Shown in pieces: positions 38,083 through 47,167 of a DNA stretch of 64,000 nt (within the stretch, counting starts at the first letter, position 1; each line of letters opens with the position of its first letter). The position numbers were made by a program, and so were the translations under genes. Source of the DNA: an uncultured Gammaproteobacteria bacterium (lineage in GTDB: Bacteria > Patescibacteriota > Patescibacteriia > Magasanikbacterales > UBA922); assembly GCA_965231005.1 (NCBI GenBank), contig OZ246405.1, forward strand, positions 866,709 through 930,708. The letters run 5' to 3'. The notes beneath the pieces are model-generated. The model was given only the letters and a program-made list of their open reading frames with translations, had not been told where the DNA came from and searched no databases.

Positions 38083-38148
38083 ATGGTGTTTAAATCATAC
38101 AACTGAAGTATGATATAATATTCCCACCTAAAAGTCAAGATATAAATT

Positions 38149-38832
38149 ATGCAATTTTTTTCAGCAGAACTAACTAAAAAAATACAACTCACCACTGACA
38201 TGGTTGAGCTTCATTTTTCAAAATCAAAAGGCTTTCACTTTACTGCTGGGCAGTTTGTTCAAATTGATGTCCCTGCAGAACCTAAGAATGTTTTTCGCTC
38301 ATATTCACTTGCTTCAACCCCAGCCGATGAGTCTATTGAGTTTTGTGTTAAATATCTTGAGAATGGAAAGGCGTCAAACTTTTTTAAATCATTAGAGATT
38401 GGTGAGGAAATCCGTTTTCGAGGTCCTGTTGGACATTTTGTTGTAGATAATGATGAAGAAGCACTAACATTTATTGCTACTGGTTCAGGGCTTGCACCAA
38501 TCATGGGGATGATACGAGACGAGCTTGAAAACAAAAAATCTCAAAAAAATATACACCTTGTATTTGGTGTACGCTATGAGCAAGATGTATTTTGGATTGA
38601 TAGATTGGAGAAGCTTGCAAGTACCTTTGATAATTTCACCTATAAGCTTTCCTTATCCCGTGCACCATCTGACTGGAGTGGCTTTTCTGGAAGAGTAAAT
38701 GAACACATTGATGAAGATGTAAAAGGAAGAGGATTTTATATTTGTGGAAGTGGTGGAATGGTGAAAGATGTAAGAACACTTCTTATAAACAGAGGTGTTG
38801 ACCTAAAAAATATACACCTTGAAATTTTCTAA
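38149..38832 (+). CDS. FNR-family FAD/NAD(P)-binding oxidoreductase (ferredoxin reductase-like)
   Basis: 227 aa; RSYSLAS (RxYS FAD motif) and GSGLAPI NAD-binding motif; divergent from the suf operon. Confidence 0.7.
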   Translation: MQFFSAELTKKIQLTTDMVELHFSKSKGFHFTAGQFVQIDVPAEPKNVFRSYSLASTPADESIEFCVKYLENGKASNFFKSLEIGEEIRFRGPVGHFVVDNDEEALTFIATGSGLAPIMGMIRDELENKKSQKNIHLVFGVRYEQDVFWIDRLEKLASTFDNFTYKLSLSRAPSDWSGFSGRVNEHIDEDVKGRGFYICGSGGMVKDVRTLLINRGVDLKNIHLEIF

Positions 38833-39413
38833 AAAGGAAGGGTCATATTTATCCCGCTGGCATGTTCAGTTTGAGATGCTGCAGGAGGAGGATCAAAATT
38901 AACGGCTATTGGCATGACTTCACCAGTAAGAGTTGGGTAATACAACATCTTATTTTTTTTCCCAAATTCGTAAACTTCCTTGGTTACTTTGACATCTTGC
39001 TCACAGTATTTCTTTATTTGATCTATTTTCCCTTCTTTGTACCATTCAACTGCTTGGAGTCCATCTGCGCTCTTCTCAATTTGCAGTGTTGCCCGTGCAA
39101 TATCATTGAGTTTATATCGTTTTCCAGATGATTCTTTAATGACTTTGAGCAGATCTAAGTGAGAAAATTGGGACAAGTCCCCTGCGTACTGTTTATTCAG
39201 TATTGGTAGGTCAAAATGCTCACTATTATATCCAATAATGCGTTCTGCTTTTTCTAAAATTGGCCAGAGATCTCCAATTTGATGTTCATCAAATGAGCGA
39301 TATGAATCTGTTTCATACTCATAAATAGAAACAACAGTAACTTTCAATGTATTGTAGTTTCTTATATCTCCAAATGTTTCAATATCAAGGACAATTTCCT
39401 TCGACATAGTCAT
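38829..39413 (-). CDS. RNase H-like 3'-5' exonuclease (DEDDy-type)
   Basis: 194 aa; LDIETFGD (Exo I), YNSEHFDLPIL (Exo II), YCEQDV (Exo III with Tyr). Confidence 0.55.
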   Translation of the reverse strand: MTMSKEIVLDIETFGDIRNYNTLKVTVVSIYEYETDSYRSFDEHQIGDLWPILEKAERIIGYNSEHFDLPILNKQYAGDLSQFSHLDLLKVIKESSGKRYKLNDIARATLQIEKSADGLQAVEWYKEGKIDQIKKYCEQDVKVTKEVYEFGKKNKMLYYPTLTGEVMPIAVNFDPPPAASQTEHASGINMTLPF

Positions 39414-39511
39414 AATATATTATTGTGTTTCAATAGCGAAAGCTATTTTAGCACAGAGGAGCAAAAAAACAAAGCCGATTTCTCTGACTTTGTTTTATGT
39501 ATATGTTGTGT

Positions 39512-39739
39512 TTACGCTAATGCTTCATCCATCTTTGCCTTGTCAAATCCAACAATAATTGTACCATTTATATCTAGCACAGGGACACCCATTTGTCCTG
39601 ACTTCTCTACCATTTCCTTTGCACGGTCTTGATCTTTAGCAACGTCTACATCTTCGAACTCTACTCCTTTTTCAGTAAGATAATCTTTTGCCTTGTGGCA
39701 ATACGGACATGTTGGTGTTGAATATACGATAACAGCCAT
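39512..39739 (-). CDS. Glutaredoxin-like protein (CPYC active site)
   Basis: 75 aa; VYSTPTCPYCHKAK. Confidence 0.8.
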   Translation of the reverse strand: MAVIVYSTPTCPYCHKAKDYLTEKGVEFEDVDVAKDQDRAKEMVEKSGQMGVPVLDINGTIIVGFDKAKMDEALA

Positions 39740-39802
39740 ATGTATATAGTTAATAATTTACACAACAAGTATAGCAAGTCTGAAATTTAATGCAATGGTT
39801 TC

Positions 39803-40867
39803 TTAATCGTACAATTCTGTGTCAGGATGAACAGCTACCCATGAAAACCAGAATGTGCTAAATGGATTGATTCTTGTCAAAATATCATTCTTTTTTTGAA
39901 ACAATTGTACAGCGTCTAGCTTATCATTATACATCGCAACTATTGTTTTTCCTTGAAATGAGTCTTCTACTTTCCCCTTTTCCTTTACTGCAGATGGAAG
40001 ATATGCTTTTGCTTTTCCATTTACAATAATTCCAAGAACAAATTCTTTTGGATCAAGTGTACTATCTGAATGGTCAACTGGGAAGTAAATATCACTGTTT
40101 GTGTAATAATCACCATATGGATCTGTACCGTAGAATCGAATTGCTCCTGTCTTTTTTGAGAGAACTTCTCCATTTGGGAAAGAGTCTTTCCATGCGCCAA
40201 ACGTTGTAAGATCATATGGAAGAATCTCGAGTTCATCCCCTGCCTGTGGGCCTATAATGGCCTGTCCAAGCACTTGAGACCAATATGAATCTGTTTTCCT
40301 GTCGTACATAACAAGATTTGAATTCCAAAGCTTTCCTGACACACCAAACTCAACTCGTTCTCCATCTACTAATGGATCAAATACAATTCCTGATCCACAA
40401 AGTGGACAATAACTTATTAAAACTCGCTGTCCTTTAAACGTATCATTCACTAATTCATGCCAAACAAGAATCTGATATGGATAAAATCTATCAATTCCAC
40501 TCATTGAAAAGGATATTCCAGGCTCGTTATCTTTGAGAAAGTCTTGCGCTTCTTTTACAGATATAAATTTTGGATTATCAATAGATGGAATACCATCTTT
40601 TGGTGGCCCACCACTGAGTAATTCATTTGGGGAGACAATATTTTTTCTTGTGGTATTTTCTTTTTGTGCAACAGCTGTGCTGTCAGGATTCAGAGTTTTT
40701 TTGTCTTCTGATTTGGGGAGTGTTGCTCCTTGAGTAGTTTCTTGAGATATCTTCTGAGAATTGTTAGGTTCCTGACTTGGATGTACCATCAAAAGATAGT
40801 AGACCACTATAAAGGTACCTAAAATTACCACAGAGATAATAATAAAGGATTGTATGTGATGCTTCAT
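39803..40867 (-). CDS. DUF3179-family secreted/membrane-anchored protein
   Basis: 354 aa; N-terminal TM; GGPPKDGIPSIDNPKF signature of DUF3179. Confidence 0.65.
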   Translation of the reverse strand: MKHHIQSFIIISVVILGTFIVVYYLLMVHPSQEPNNSQKISQETTQGATLPKSEDKKTLNPDSTAVAQKENTTRKNIVSPNELLSGGPPKDGIPSIDNPKFISVKEAQDFLKDNEPGISFSMSGIDRFYPYQILVWHELVNDTFKGQRVLISYCPLCGSGIVFDPLVDGERVEFGVSGKLWNSNLVMYDRKTDSYWSQVLGQAIIGPQAGDELEILPYDLTTFGAWKDSFPNGEVLSKKTGAIRFYGTDPYGDYYTNSDIYFPVDHSDSTLDPKEFVLGIIVNGKAKAYLPSAVKEKGKVEDSFQGKTIVAMYNDKLDAVQLFQKKNDILTRINPFSTFWFSWVAVHPDTELYD

Positions 40868-40961
40868 AAAAAACGTTTAAAACAAATTTATTGTAACATA
40901 CTTTCATGTATAAAAAAATCCGCTGTATATACAACGAATTTTTTTGTAATAGATGTAAGTA

Positions 40962-41555
40962 CTATTTCAATTCAATACTTTCAACAACAACATCATCGAA
41001 TGGAAGATCAGCAGGTCCAACAGATGAATTTTCAATCTGTTCAACAACATTCATCCCAGAAATGACATACCCAAAATTTGTATGTCGACCATCTAACCAA
41101 GGTGTTTCTTCTGCTGTTACAATAAAGAACTGAGAGCCATTTGTATTTGGACCAGCATTTGCCATTGCTAGGCTTCCGCGCACAAGTTTATGACTATTAA
41201 ATTCGTCTTCAAATTTGTATCCTGGACCTCCTGTCCCATATGATGCCTTGTTGTCAGTTTTACTGTTTGGATCTCCACCTTGAATCATAAATCCCTTTAT
41301 AACACGGTGGAATTTTGTACCATTATAAAATCCTTCTTGTGCCAATTTTAAAAAGTTTTCAACTGTTTTTGGAGAATCAGTATCATAAAATTCAACACCA
41401 ATATCTCCTTTGTTTGTTTTTAGTATCGCTTGTGAATATGTTTCTGCTAATGTGCTCACATCATTATCATTAGTTGAATTAATATTATTTGCTGCATTAC
41501 ACCCACCTCCAATTAAGAGAAGTGCTGTAAATAAAAGTAGTATGTTTTTTGTCAT
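40962..41555 (-). CDS. Cyclophilin-type peptidyl-prolyl isomerase, lipoprotein
   Basis: 197 aa; lipobox LIGGGC; FHRVIKGFMIQGGDP cyclophilin motif. Confidence 0.85.
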   Translation of the reverse strand: MTKNILLLFTALLLIGGGCNAANNINSTNDNDVSTLAETYSQAILKTNKGDIGVEFYDTDSPKTVENFLKLAQEGFYNGTKFHRVIKGFMIQGGDPNSKTDNKASYGTGGPGYKFEDEFNSHKLVRGSLAMANAGPNTNGSQFFIVTAEETPWLDGRHTNFGYVISGMNVVEQIENSSVGPADLPFDDVVVESIELK

Positions 41556-41571
41556 ATCACTTTTGATAAGA

Positions 41572-41778
41572 TTATAACATTCCTGCGCGGGAGAGAATTG
41601 ATCCTATCCAAAGCACAAGAATAAGATATAAGAGTGGCCAGCCCTTTGTTGGTGGAAAGTGGCGAGAAAACAGCTTAAAGTGTTTCTTGTACCACTTCCC
41701 TCCTCCAAGCCATACTACAGCATTGGCGCCAATACTGTCAATGAGAAGAATGTAGAAAATAATTAGGTCGATTGACAT
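41572..41778 (-). CDS. Small membrane protein (hypothetical)
   Basis: 68 aa, two hydrophobic helices. Confidence 0.35.
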   Translation of the reverse strand: MSIDLIIFYILLIDSIGANAVVWLGGGKWYKKHFKLFSRHFPPTKGWPLLYLILVLWIGSILSRAGML

Positions 41779-41784
41779 ATGTTT

Positions 41785-42156
41785 TTAATTAGATTTTTTA
41801 AATTTAACAACAAATACAGGTTCGTATGTGTTGTCATATTCATCTTTTAATTCTATTGATTGTCCTTGGACATATTGATTCATAGCAATATCTGTTAACA
41901 TTTCTTCATCGCTAGCTATATCACCAGACAATTCATCAATTTTAATCAATTCACTTGTACACTGCTGCTGGATTGTGGAAACAATTTGCTTCTTTTTCTC
42001 GCGGAGTGTTTTCATTTCTTCAGTCACTTCTTGATACTGTTGTGATGATTCGAGAAGATCTTTACACATCTTGCGGAGATCTTTTAGCTGGGCTTTTTTT
42101 TCTTTTATTTTAATGAAGATATCTTGAATATTGTGTTGCATAGTTTGTATATACAT
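41785..42156 (-). CDS. Hypothetical coiled-coil protein
   Basis: 123 aa, charged heptad-like sequence; no motif. Confidence 0.35.
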   Translation of the reverse strand: MYIQTMQHNIQDIFIKIKEKKAQLKDLRKMCKDLLESSQQYQEVTEEMKTLREKKKQIVSTIQQQCTSELIKIDELSGDIASDEEMLTDIAMNQYVQGQSIELKDEYDNTYEPVFVVKFKKSN

Positions 42157-42219
42157 TAAGACTGACAGTATATCACAAAGTCTGACATCTTAAAAAGCAC
42201 CATCAGGTGCCTTTTACGT

Positions 42220-44007
42220 CTATTTTTTTCTACTTGCCCGAACACGGTCCACTTCTTTAAGGTCTTTTTTTCTCAATCTAACACTCTGTGGTGTTACTTC
42301 CAAATATTCATCTTCTGCAACAAGTTCAAGACCAAGCTCAAGGGTTACTTCTTTTGGTGGAGTGAGATTCAATGCAGCGTCTGCCCCTGAAGAGCGCATA
42401 TTAGTAAGTTGTTTACCCTTGATTGGGTTGACGGTCATGTCCATGCCTTTTGCAGCATTTCCAATGACCTGACCTTCATATACATCAACATTTGGGCCAA
42501 CATAGAGTTGCCCACGATCCTGAAGGTTTGCAAGTGAATATCCAAGAACTTTTCCTGTCTCACCAGAAATCATTGAGCCAACATCTCGCTTTTTTATATC
42601 TCCAACATACTCTTCAAATCCTGCAACTTCACTGCACAAGATTCCTTCTCCACGCGTATCAACAACAAATTCACTCCTATATCCGAGTAACCCTCGTGTT
42701 GGAATATGAAATGTGATACGTGTGTGACTTTGTTCTGGATTCATTCCTGTCATTTGTCCTTTTCTTTTTGACATTTTTTCAATGACAAGCCCAGACATAC
42801 TATCTGGAACATCAATGGTAACATTTTCAAATGGTTCAAGTTTTTTGCCTTCTTCTTCCTTGATAATTACTTGTGGCTGAGAAACTTGCAATTCAAATCC
42901 TTCTCTTCTCATATTTTCAAGAAGTACAGCAATATGCAATTCCCCACGTCCATAAACAGTGTAATAGTCATTTCCTGTGAAATCTACTTTCAATCCAACA
43001 TTAATCTCTAATTCTTTTTCAAGACGCTTTTTGATCTGCTGACTTGTAACAAATTTTCCTTCTCTTCCAGCAAATGGTGAATTGTTTACAAGAAAACCAA
43101 GAGAAATGGTTGGCTCATCAATTTTGATAGCTGGTAGCAATTCTTGCTCTTCATTTTCAGAAACAGTATCTCCAATATATATATCAGGCATTCCTGCAAT
43201 CATAACAATATCCCCTGCTTCAGCCTTCTGCACTTCCTTCCTGGTGACACCTTCGAACGTAAATAGTTTTGTTATAGTACTTGGAATTATCTCTCCAGAA
43301 TGCTTTTTAACAAAGACTTTTTGTCCAATTTCTACAACACCTTGATACACTCGCCCAATACCCATACGACCAAGATAGTTGTCATATGCCAAGTTGAATG
43401 GTTGAAAAGCAAAAGGAAGTGAGGTGTCAGCTGCTGCAGGAGGAACATGTTTTAAAACTGCATCAAGGAGTGGTGTAAGATCTTCTGAAGGGGTAGCAAG
43501 ATCCAATGTTGCATGACCATCCTTTGCATTTGAATAGATTGTTATGAAGTCTAGCTGTTCATCATTTGCACCAAGATCCATAAAAAGCTCAAGGACTTGA
43601 TCTTTTGCCCATTCTGGGCGGGCGGCCGGCTTATCAATTTTGTTCAACACTACAATTGGCTTAATACCAAGTTCAAGTGACTTTTTCAAAACAAATTTTG
43701 TTTGTGGCATTGGACCTTCTTGTGCATCAACAACAAGAAGCACAGAGTCAATTGATCTGAGAACACGCTCAACTTCTGATCCAAAATCTGCATGGCCAGG
43801 AGTGTCAACAATATTGATTTTTGTCTCTTTGTAAAAGACAGATGTATTTTTTGAATAGATAGTAATGCCGCGTTCTCTTTCCAAGTCATTGGAATCCATA
43901 CTAACGCTGTCATCTGTTACCATGCCGGTTTGACGCATTAAGGCATCGGTTAAGCGAGTCTTTCCGTGGTCTACGTGTGCAATAATGGCAATATTTCTTA
44001 CTTCCAT
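42220..44007 (-). CDS. typA: Translational GTPase TypA/BipA
   Basis: AHVDHGKTRL G1 motif, DTPGHADF, NKIDK; EF-G-like domain order; start taken at the internal Met MEVRNIAIIAHV (track ORF extends 29 codons upstream). Confidence 0.85.
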   Translation of the reverse strand: MEVRNIAIIAHVDHGKTRLTDALMRQTGMVTDDSVSMDSNDLERERGITIYSKNTSVFYKETKINIVDTPGHADFGSEVERVLRSIDSVLLVVDAQEGPMPQTKFVLKKSLELGIKPIVVLNKIDKPAARPEWAKDQVLELFMDLGANDEQLDFITIYSNAKDGHATLDLATPSEDLTPLLDAVLKHVPPAAADTSLPFAFQPFNLAYDNYLGRMGIGRVYQGVVEIGQKVFVKKHSGEIIPSTITKLFTFEGVTRKEVQKAEAGDIVMIAGMPDIYIGDTVSENEEQELLPAIKIDEPTISLGFLVNNSPFAGREGKFVTSQQIKKRLEKELEINVGLKVDFTGNDYYTVYGRGELHIAVLLENMRREGFELQVSQPQVIIKEEEGKKLEPFENVTIDVPDSMSGLVIEKMSKRKGQMTGMNPEQSHTRITFHIPTRGLLGYRSEFVVDTRGEGILCSEVAGFEEYVGDIKKRDVGSMISGETGKVLGYSLANLQDRGQLYVGPNVDVYEGQVIGNAAKGMDMTVNPIKGKQLTNMRSSGADAALNLTPPKEVTLELGLELVAEDEYLEVTPQSVRLRKKDLKEVDRVRASRKK

Positions 44008-44117
44008 ATTTGTCTGATCTAGCAATTTTACAAAATAAAACCCCTCTCTGGAGGAGATGTGCAGAATTATAACTAAATAACTCAATATTGTCAACTCCTA
44101 AAAGGAGTATAAAAAAA

Positions 44118-44147
44118 CACCCTCAGCAGGTGCCAAGGGTGAATTTT
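44118..44147 (-). terminator. Intrinsic terminator after the cold-shock gene (CACCCT/AGGGTG stem plus T7 on the minus strand)
   Basis: 6-bp stem, 12-nt loop, followed on the minus strand by TTTTTTT. Confidence 0.4.
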
Positions 44148-44157
44148 ATGTTGATGA

Positions 44158-44358
44158 TTATGCTCGTTGCACTTTTGTAGCATTTGGACCTTTTGGACCT
44201 TCAGCTACTTCAAATGTAACAGCATCACCTTCGCGCAATTCGTTGAATTCAACATCAACGAGCTCGTTTGCGTGGAAAAAGAGATCTTTTTCCTCACCTT
44301 CGCGAGAGATGAAACCAAAGCCACGGTCTGTAAGACGGGCGATTGTTCCTTGTTGCAT
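44158..44358 (-). CDS. Cold-shock protein (CspA family)
   Basis: MQQGTIARLTDRGFGFI... RNP1-like KGFGFI motif; 66 aa from the internal Met. Confidence 0.8.
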   Translation of the reverse strand: MQQGTIARLTDRGFGFISREGEEKDLFFHANELVDVEFNELREGDAVTFEVAEGPKGPNATKVQRA

Positions 44359-44557
44359 AGTATGAAGAGAAACTAGTGAATAATGTTCCAAACCTGTTAC
44401 TGTAAAACAAAACTCGACTTTGTTCCTCTCACAGTACGATCTGATACGCGGCATTATAGCACAGAAGGTCTATTTTGTCAAGGATTGTCGGAAAAGGAAT
44501 AAAAATCAAATACTCTCTAAAACAAAAGACCCAAACAAGAAAGTTGGGTCTTATCTG

Positions 44558-44630
44558 CTCCGCGGGCCGGACTCGAACCGGCGACAAATTGGTTAACAGC
44601 CAACTGCTCTACCAACTGAGCTACCGCGGA
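44558..44630 (-). tRNA. tRNA-Asn (GTT)
   Basis: Cloverleaf readable by eye: acceptor TCCGCGG/CCGCGGA, D-arm TAGCTCAGTTGGTAGAGC, anticodon loop CTGTTAA, T-arm GGTTCGAGTCC; CCA not encoded. Confidence 0.85.
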
Positions 44631-44740
44631 ATAAATTGTATGTCTCTCATTCAAACAACGATAGTTTACTCACCAGCTTATCCGTACAAATTTTGAAAAA
44701 TGTGTACAAAAGCATTGAGTAACCTAACATAAAATACCAA

Positions 44741-44824
44741 CTGTCCCGACGCTCCGACCTTGTCGGAGGTACGGGACTCCGGACAAAACGCAAAGCGTTT
44801 TCGTCGGAGAGCTACCGCGGAATA
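44741..44824 (-). repeat. Conserved structured element (two hairpins) plus a 16-bp direct copy of the tRNA-Asn 5' end; copy A of a two-member family
   Basis: 44741-44808 has 18+14 nt identical to copy B at 48054-48120 and forms hairpins GTCCCG-ACG-CTCCGAC/GTCGGAG-GTA-CGGGAC and AAAACGC-AAA-GCGTTTT; 44809-44824 exactly equals 44618-44633 (tRNA-Asn nt 1-13 plus 3 nt of flank). Confidence 0.55.
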
Positions 44825-44871
44825 TAAAGACGAAGAAAAGTATACAAAAAAAGACTAAAAAAGTCAATTCC

Positions 44872-45384
44872 CTATTTATCCTCAGCTAGGGATGTTTTTT
44901 TCATAATTAAAAATCCACCAGAAGAGATGGCAACAAATAAAAAGAAGCTAAATACTTCTGCAGTTAGTAATCCAAATAATAGCTTTAGAAAACTAAAGTC
45001 AATGGAGTGAAGGTATAAAGGAAAAGTTATGCCAAAGAAAAGGACAAACTGAATAAGCTCTGCTAACCAGAATGCAATAGAAATGCTTTTTGCATATGTT
45101 CTTATTTTTGTGCCTTCATAGTCTGCTTTCGACAAAAAGAAAATTGGAAGTGCTGCTGGAAGAAAAAAATAGAATATTGTGTACTCTATATTTGAAACAA
45201 GACGTTGGAAACGTTGGTCACCAGAAAATAAATGAAGAATAAGAGTTTTCAGCAAAATAAAAAAAAGCTTCACAAAAATTACTATTCTTGCAATTTTAGG
45301 AAAAGCTTCCCTCCTTTTTGATTGTATCATAGTAAAAATGACAGACGAGTAAAAATGTTGCGAGTGGGCTATGTCAAAAGACAC
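44872..45384 (-). CDS. Hypothetical polytopic membrane protein
   Basis: 170 aa, hydrophobic; no motif. Confidence 0.35.
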   Translation of the reverse strand: MSFDIAHSQHFYSSVIFTMIQSKRREAFPKIARIVIFVKLFFILLKTLILHLFSGDQRFQRLVSNIEYTIFYFFLPAALPIFFLSKADYEGTKIRTYAKSISIAFWLAELIQFVLFFGITFPLYLHSIDFSFLKLLFGLLTAEVFSFFLFVAISSGGFLIMKKTSLAEDK

Positions 45385-45405
45385 AGCCCACCCACAGATG
45401 ACAGG

Positions 45406-45969
45406 CTAATTGGCACCGACCATATCACAGAGCCACGGACCCCACTTGCAGGTGATGTACCAAGCATCGCCACCATTTTCCCAGTTCGCGTACCAGCAAG
45501 CTTTTTGCCAAACCTTCTTTCTCCTCTGGCATTCCACACTGAATGAGAAGTGAGTCCAAGACTGGCCTTTTTTGCTTGCATAAGCTTCCTTGTACGACGA
45601 CAGATCAGTGAGCTCGAGTACGATATCCCTGTTCAAGTCTTCCTTGCGCAGTGTTGACCGAAGAGATCCTTTCGTTTGATGCACGAATGCCGCATGGACG
45701 CGAACGACATCATGATCGTTGATGTTGGCAGAGAAAAAGCCTTGCTCTCCAGTCTTCACGATGAAGTAGGGAGAATCAGGATCGTCTCCGGTCTCGATGA
45801 GCACGTCAGCATTTGCGATCGGTGCACCTTCGAACATGACCTGACCACTCAGCTGGTCGCTGGTGGGCTGCTGATCAACAGCATCGAAATCAGCAGCACA
45901 GCCGGTCATTGCGAAGGCAATGAAAAGAGTGAAAAGAAACAGTTGCTTTGAAACATATTTGAAAGACAT
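45406..45969 (-). CDS. Lipoprotein with a carboxypeptidase-regulatory-like beta-sandwich domain and a Cys/Trp-rich C-terminal tail; GC-rich (~52%) island
   Basis: Start MSFKYVSK at 45969 with AGGGAGG SD 8 nt upstream; lipobox FAMTGC; SGQVMFEGAPIANADVLIETGDD...FFSANI resembles CarboxypepD_reg/transthyretin-like domains; tail CQRRKKVWQKACWYANWENGGDAWYITCKWGPWLC. Confidence 0.55.
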   Translation of the reverse strand: MSFKYVSKQLFLFTLFIAFAMTGCAADFDAVDQQPTSDQLSGQVMFEGAPIANADVLIETGDDPDSPYFIVKTGEQGFFSANINDHDVVRVHAAFVHQTKGSLRSTLRKEDLNRDIVLELTDLSSYKEAYASKKGQSWTHFSFSVECQRRKKVWQKACWYANWENGGDAWYITCKWGPWLCDMVGAN

Positions 45970-46140
45970 TAGTAGTCCCTCCCTTATGTAGAATCCTTGA
46001 TTTCTGAAACAACCCTCGTGGTTATTACACAATCAAGATAGTTTGATTATTATAAATCTATTTTAGTTTGTAAAATAAATCGCCAAAAAACCCTCAAAAT
46101 TAAACAAAAGTGAAAATAGCACGAATTTTTTCAAGCAAAA

Positions 46141-46157
46141 AAGCACCTATTGGTGCT
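46141..46157 (-). terminator. Terminator hairpin after tRNA-Gln (AGCACC/GGTGCT)
   Basis: 6-bp stem with a 5-nt loop, flanked by an A-run and a T-run (bidirectional form). Confidence 0.45.
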
Positions 46158-46166
46158 TTTGCTATG

Positions 46167-46237
46167 CTCGCGGGCAGGGATTCGAACCCCGATAGCCAGG
46201 ACCAAAACCTGGAGTCCTACCATTAGACGACCCGCGA
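46167..46237 (-). tRNA. tRNA-Gln (TTG)
   Basis: Acceptor TCGCGGG/CCCGCGA, anticodon arm CCAGG-TTTTGGT-CCTGG, T-arm GGGGTTCGAATCCCT. Confidence 0.8.
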
Positions 46238-46252
46238 ATGATGTAGGTTATT

Positions 46253-47161
46253 CTATGCTCTGAGATGCTTTCTCATTGCAAAGAAGCTTGAGGCAGTCGT
46301 TAGGAGCAATACTCCAAAGAACTGTAATCCAAGCAGCAATACTATATTCGAATTGAAGTAAATTGTCAAGAACTGTTCTTGACCAAAAATGATATTGATA
46401 TAGGGGTCTAGGAAACTACTGACAAGCAAAATAAGGCCAAATGTACCAGAAACGCTTATAAAGCTGAAGAGAAGAGCCTGAATGACATATGGACCACGTA
46501 TGAACCAATTTGTTGCCCCTACAAGCTTTTTTATGCTTATTTCAATGCGTTGTGTGTAAATAGCAACACGAACAGTATTAAAAATAATGATAAAGGCAAT
46601 AAAGGCAAAGAAAGCACTAAGAGCAAGACTAAACTTTTCTATTTGCCATGTTATGACATCGATCTTGTCAATTGCAGCTTGTGTGTCTTCAAATGTTTTT
46701 GATTCAATAATATGCTCATACTCTGGAACACTCAAATTGCTAATAATCTTTTTATAGTCTCCTGGCTCTCTTGTTTTAATGATAAGTGTTGCACCAAGCG
46801 GATTTTCATTGAGTTCATCAAGTGCAGCAGTGATTTCTGGATTTGCTTTATATTTTCCACTGAAACTTTTAAGAACTTCTTCTGGTGACAAAAATGTTGT
46901 ATCTACAACTTCAGGAAAAGATTGGATGTATTTTTTTACTTCTCCAATCTGCACATCATCGGCTGTGTGATCAAAATAAATACTTACATCTATTTGATCT
47001 TTGATCGTTTCTGTTGCTTCGTTTGTAAGTACACGAATAGCAATAACAGAATTCACTGACAAAAGCATAAGAATCAAAACAAGCACAGTCATGAATGAGA
47101 GGCTTGCATTTCTTGCAATATCTTGAAGAGCAAATTTTATAATTCGAATAAGTCCAAGCAT
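46253..47161 (-). CDS. ftsX: Cell-division ABC transporter permease FtsX
   Basis: 302 aa; N-terminal TM, periplasmic domain, 3 C-terminal TM; immediately downstream of ftsE. Confidence 0.8.
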   Translation of the reverse strand: MLGLIRIIKFALQDIARNASLSFMTVLVLILMLLSVNSVIAIRVLTNEATETIKDQIDVSIYFDHTADDVQIGEVKKYIQSFPEVVDTTFLSPEEVLKSFSGKYKANPEITAALDELNENPLGATLIIKTREPGDYKKIISNLSVPEYEHIIESKTFEDTQAAIDKIDVITWQIEKFSLALSAFFAFIAFIIIFNTVRVAIYTQRIEISIKKLVGATNWFIRGPYVIQALLFSFISVSGTFGLILLVSSFLDPYINIIFGQEQFLTIYFNSNIVLLLGLQFFGVLLLTTASSFFAMRKHLRA

Positions 47162-47167
47162 AGTTTG

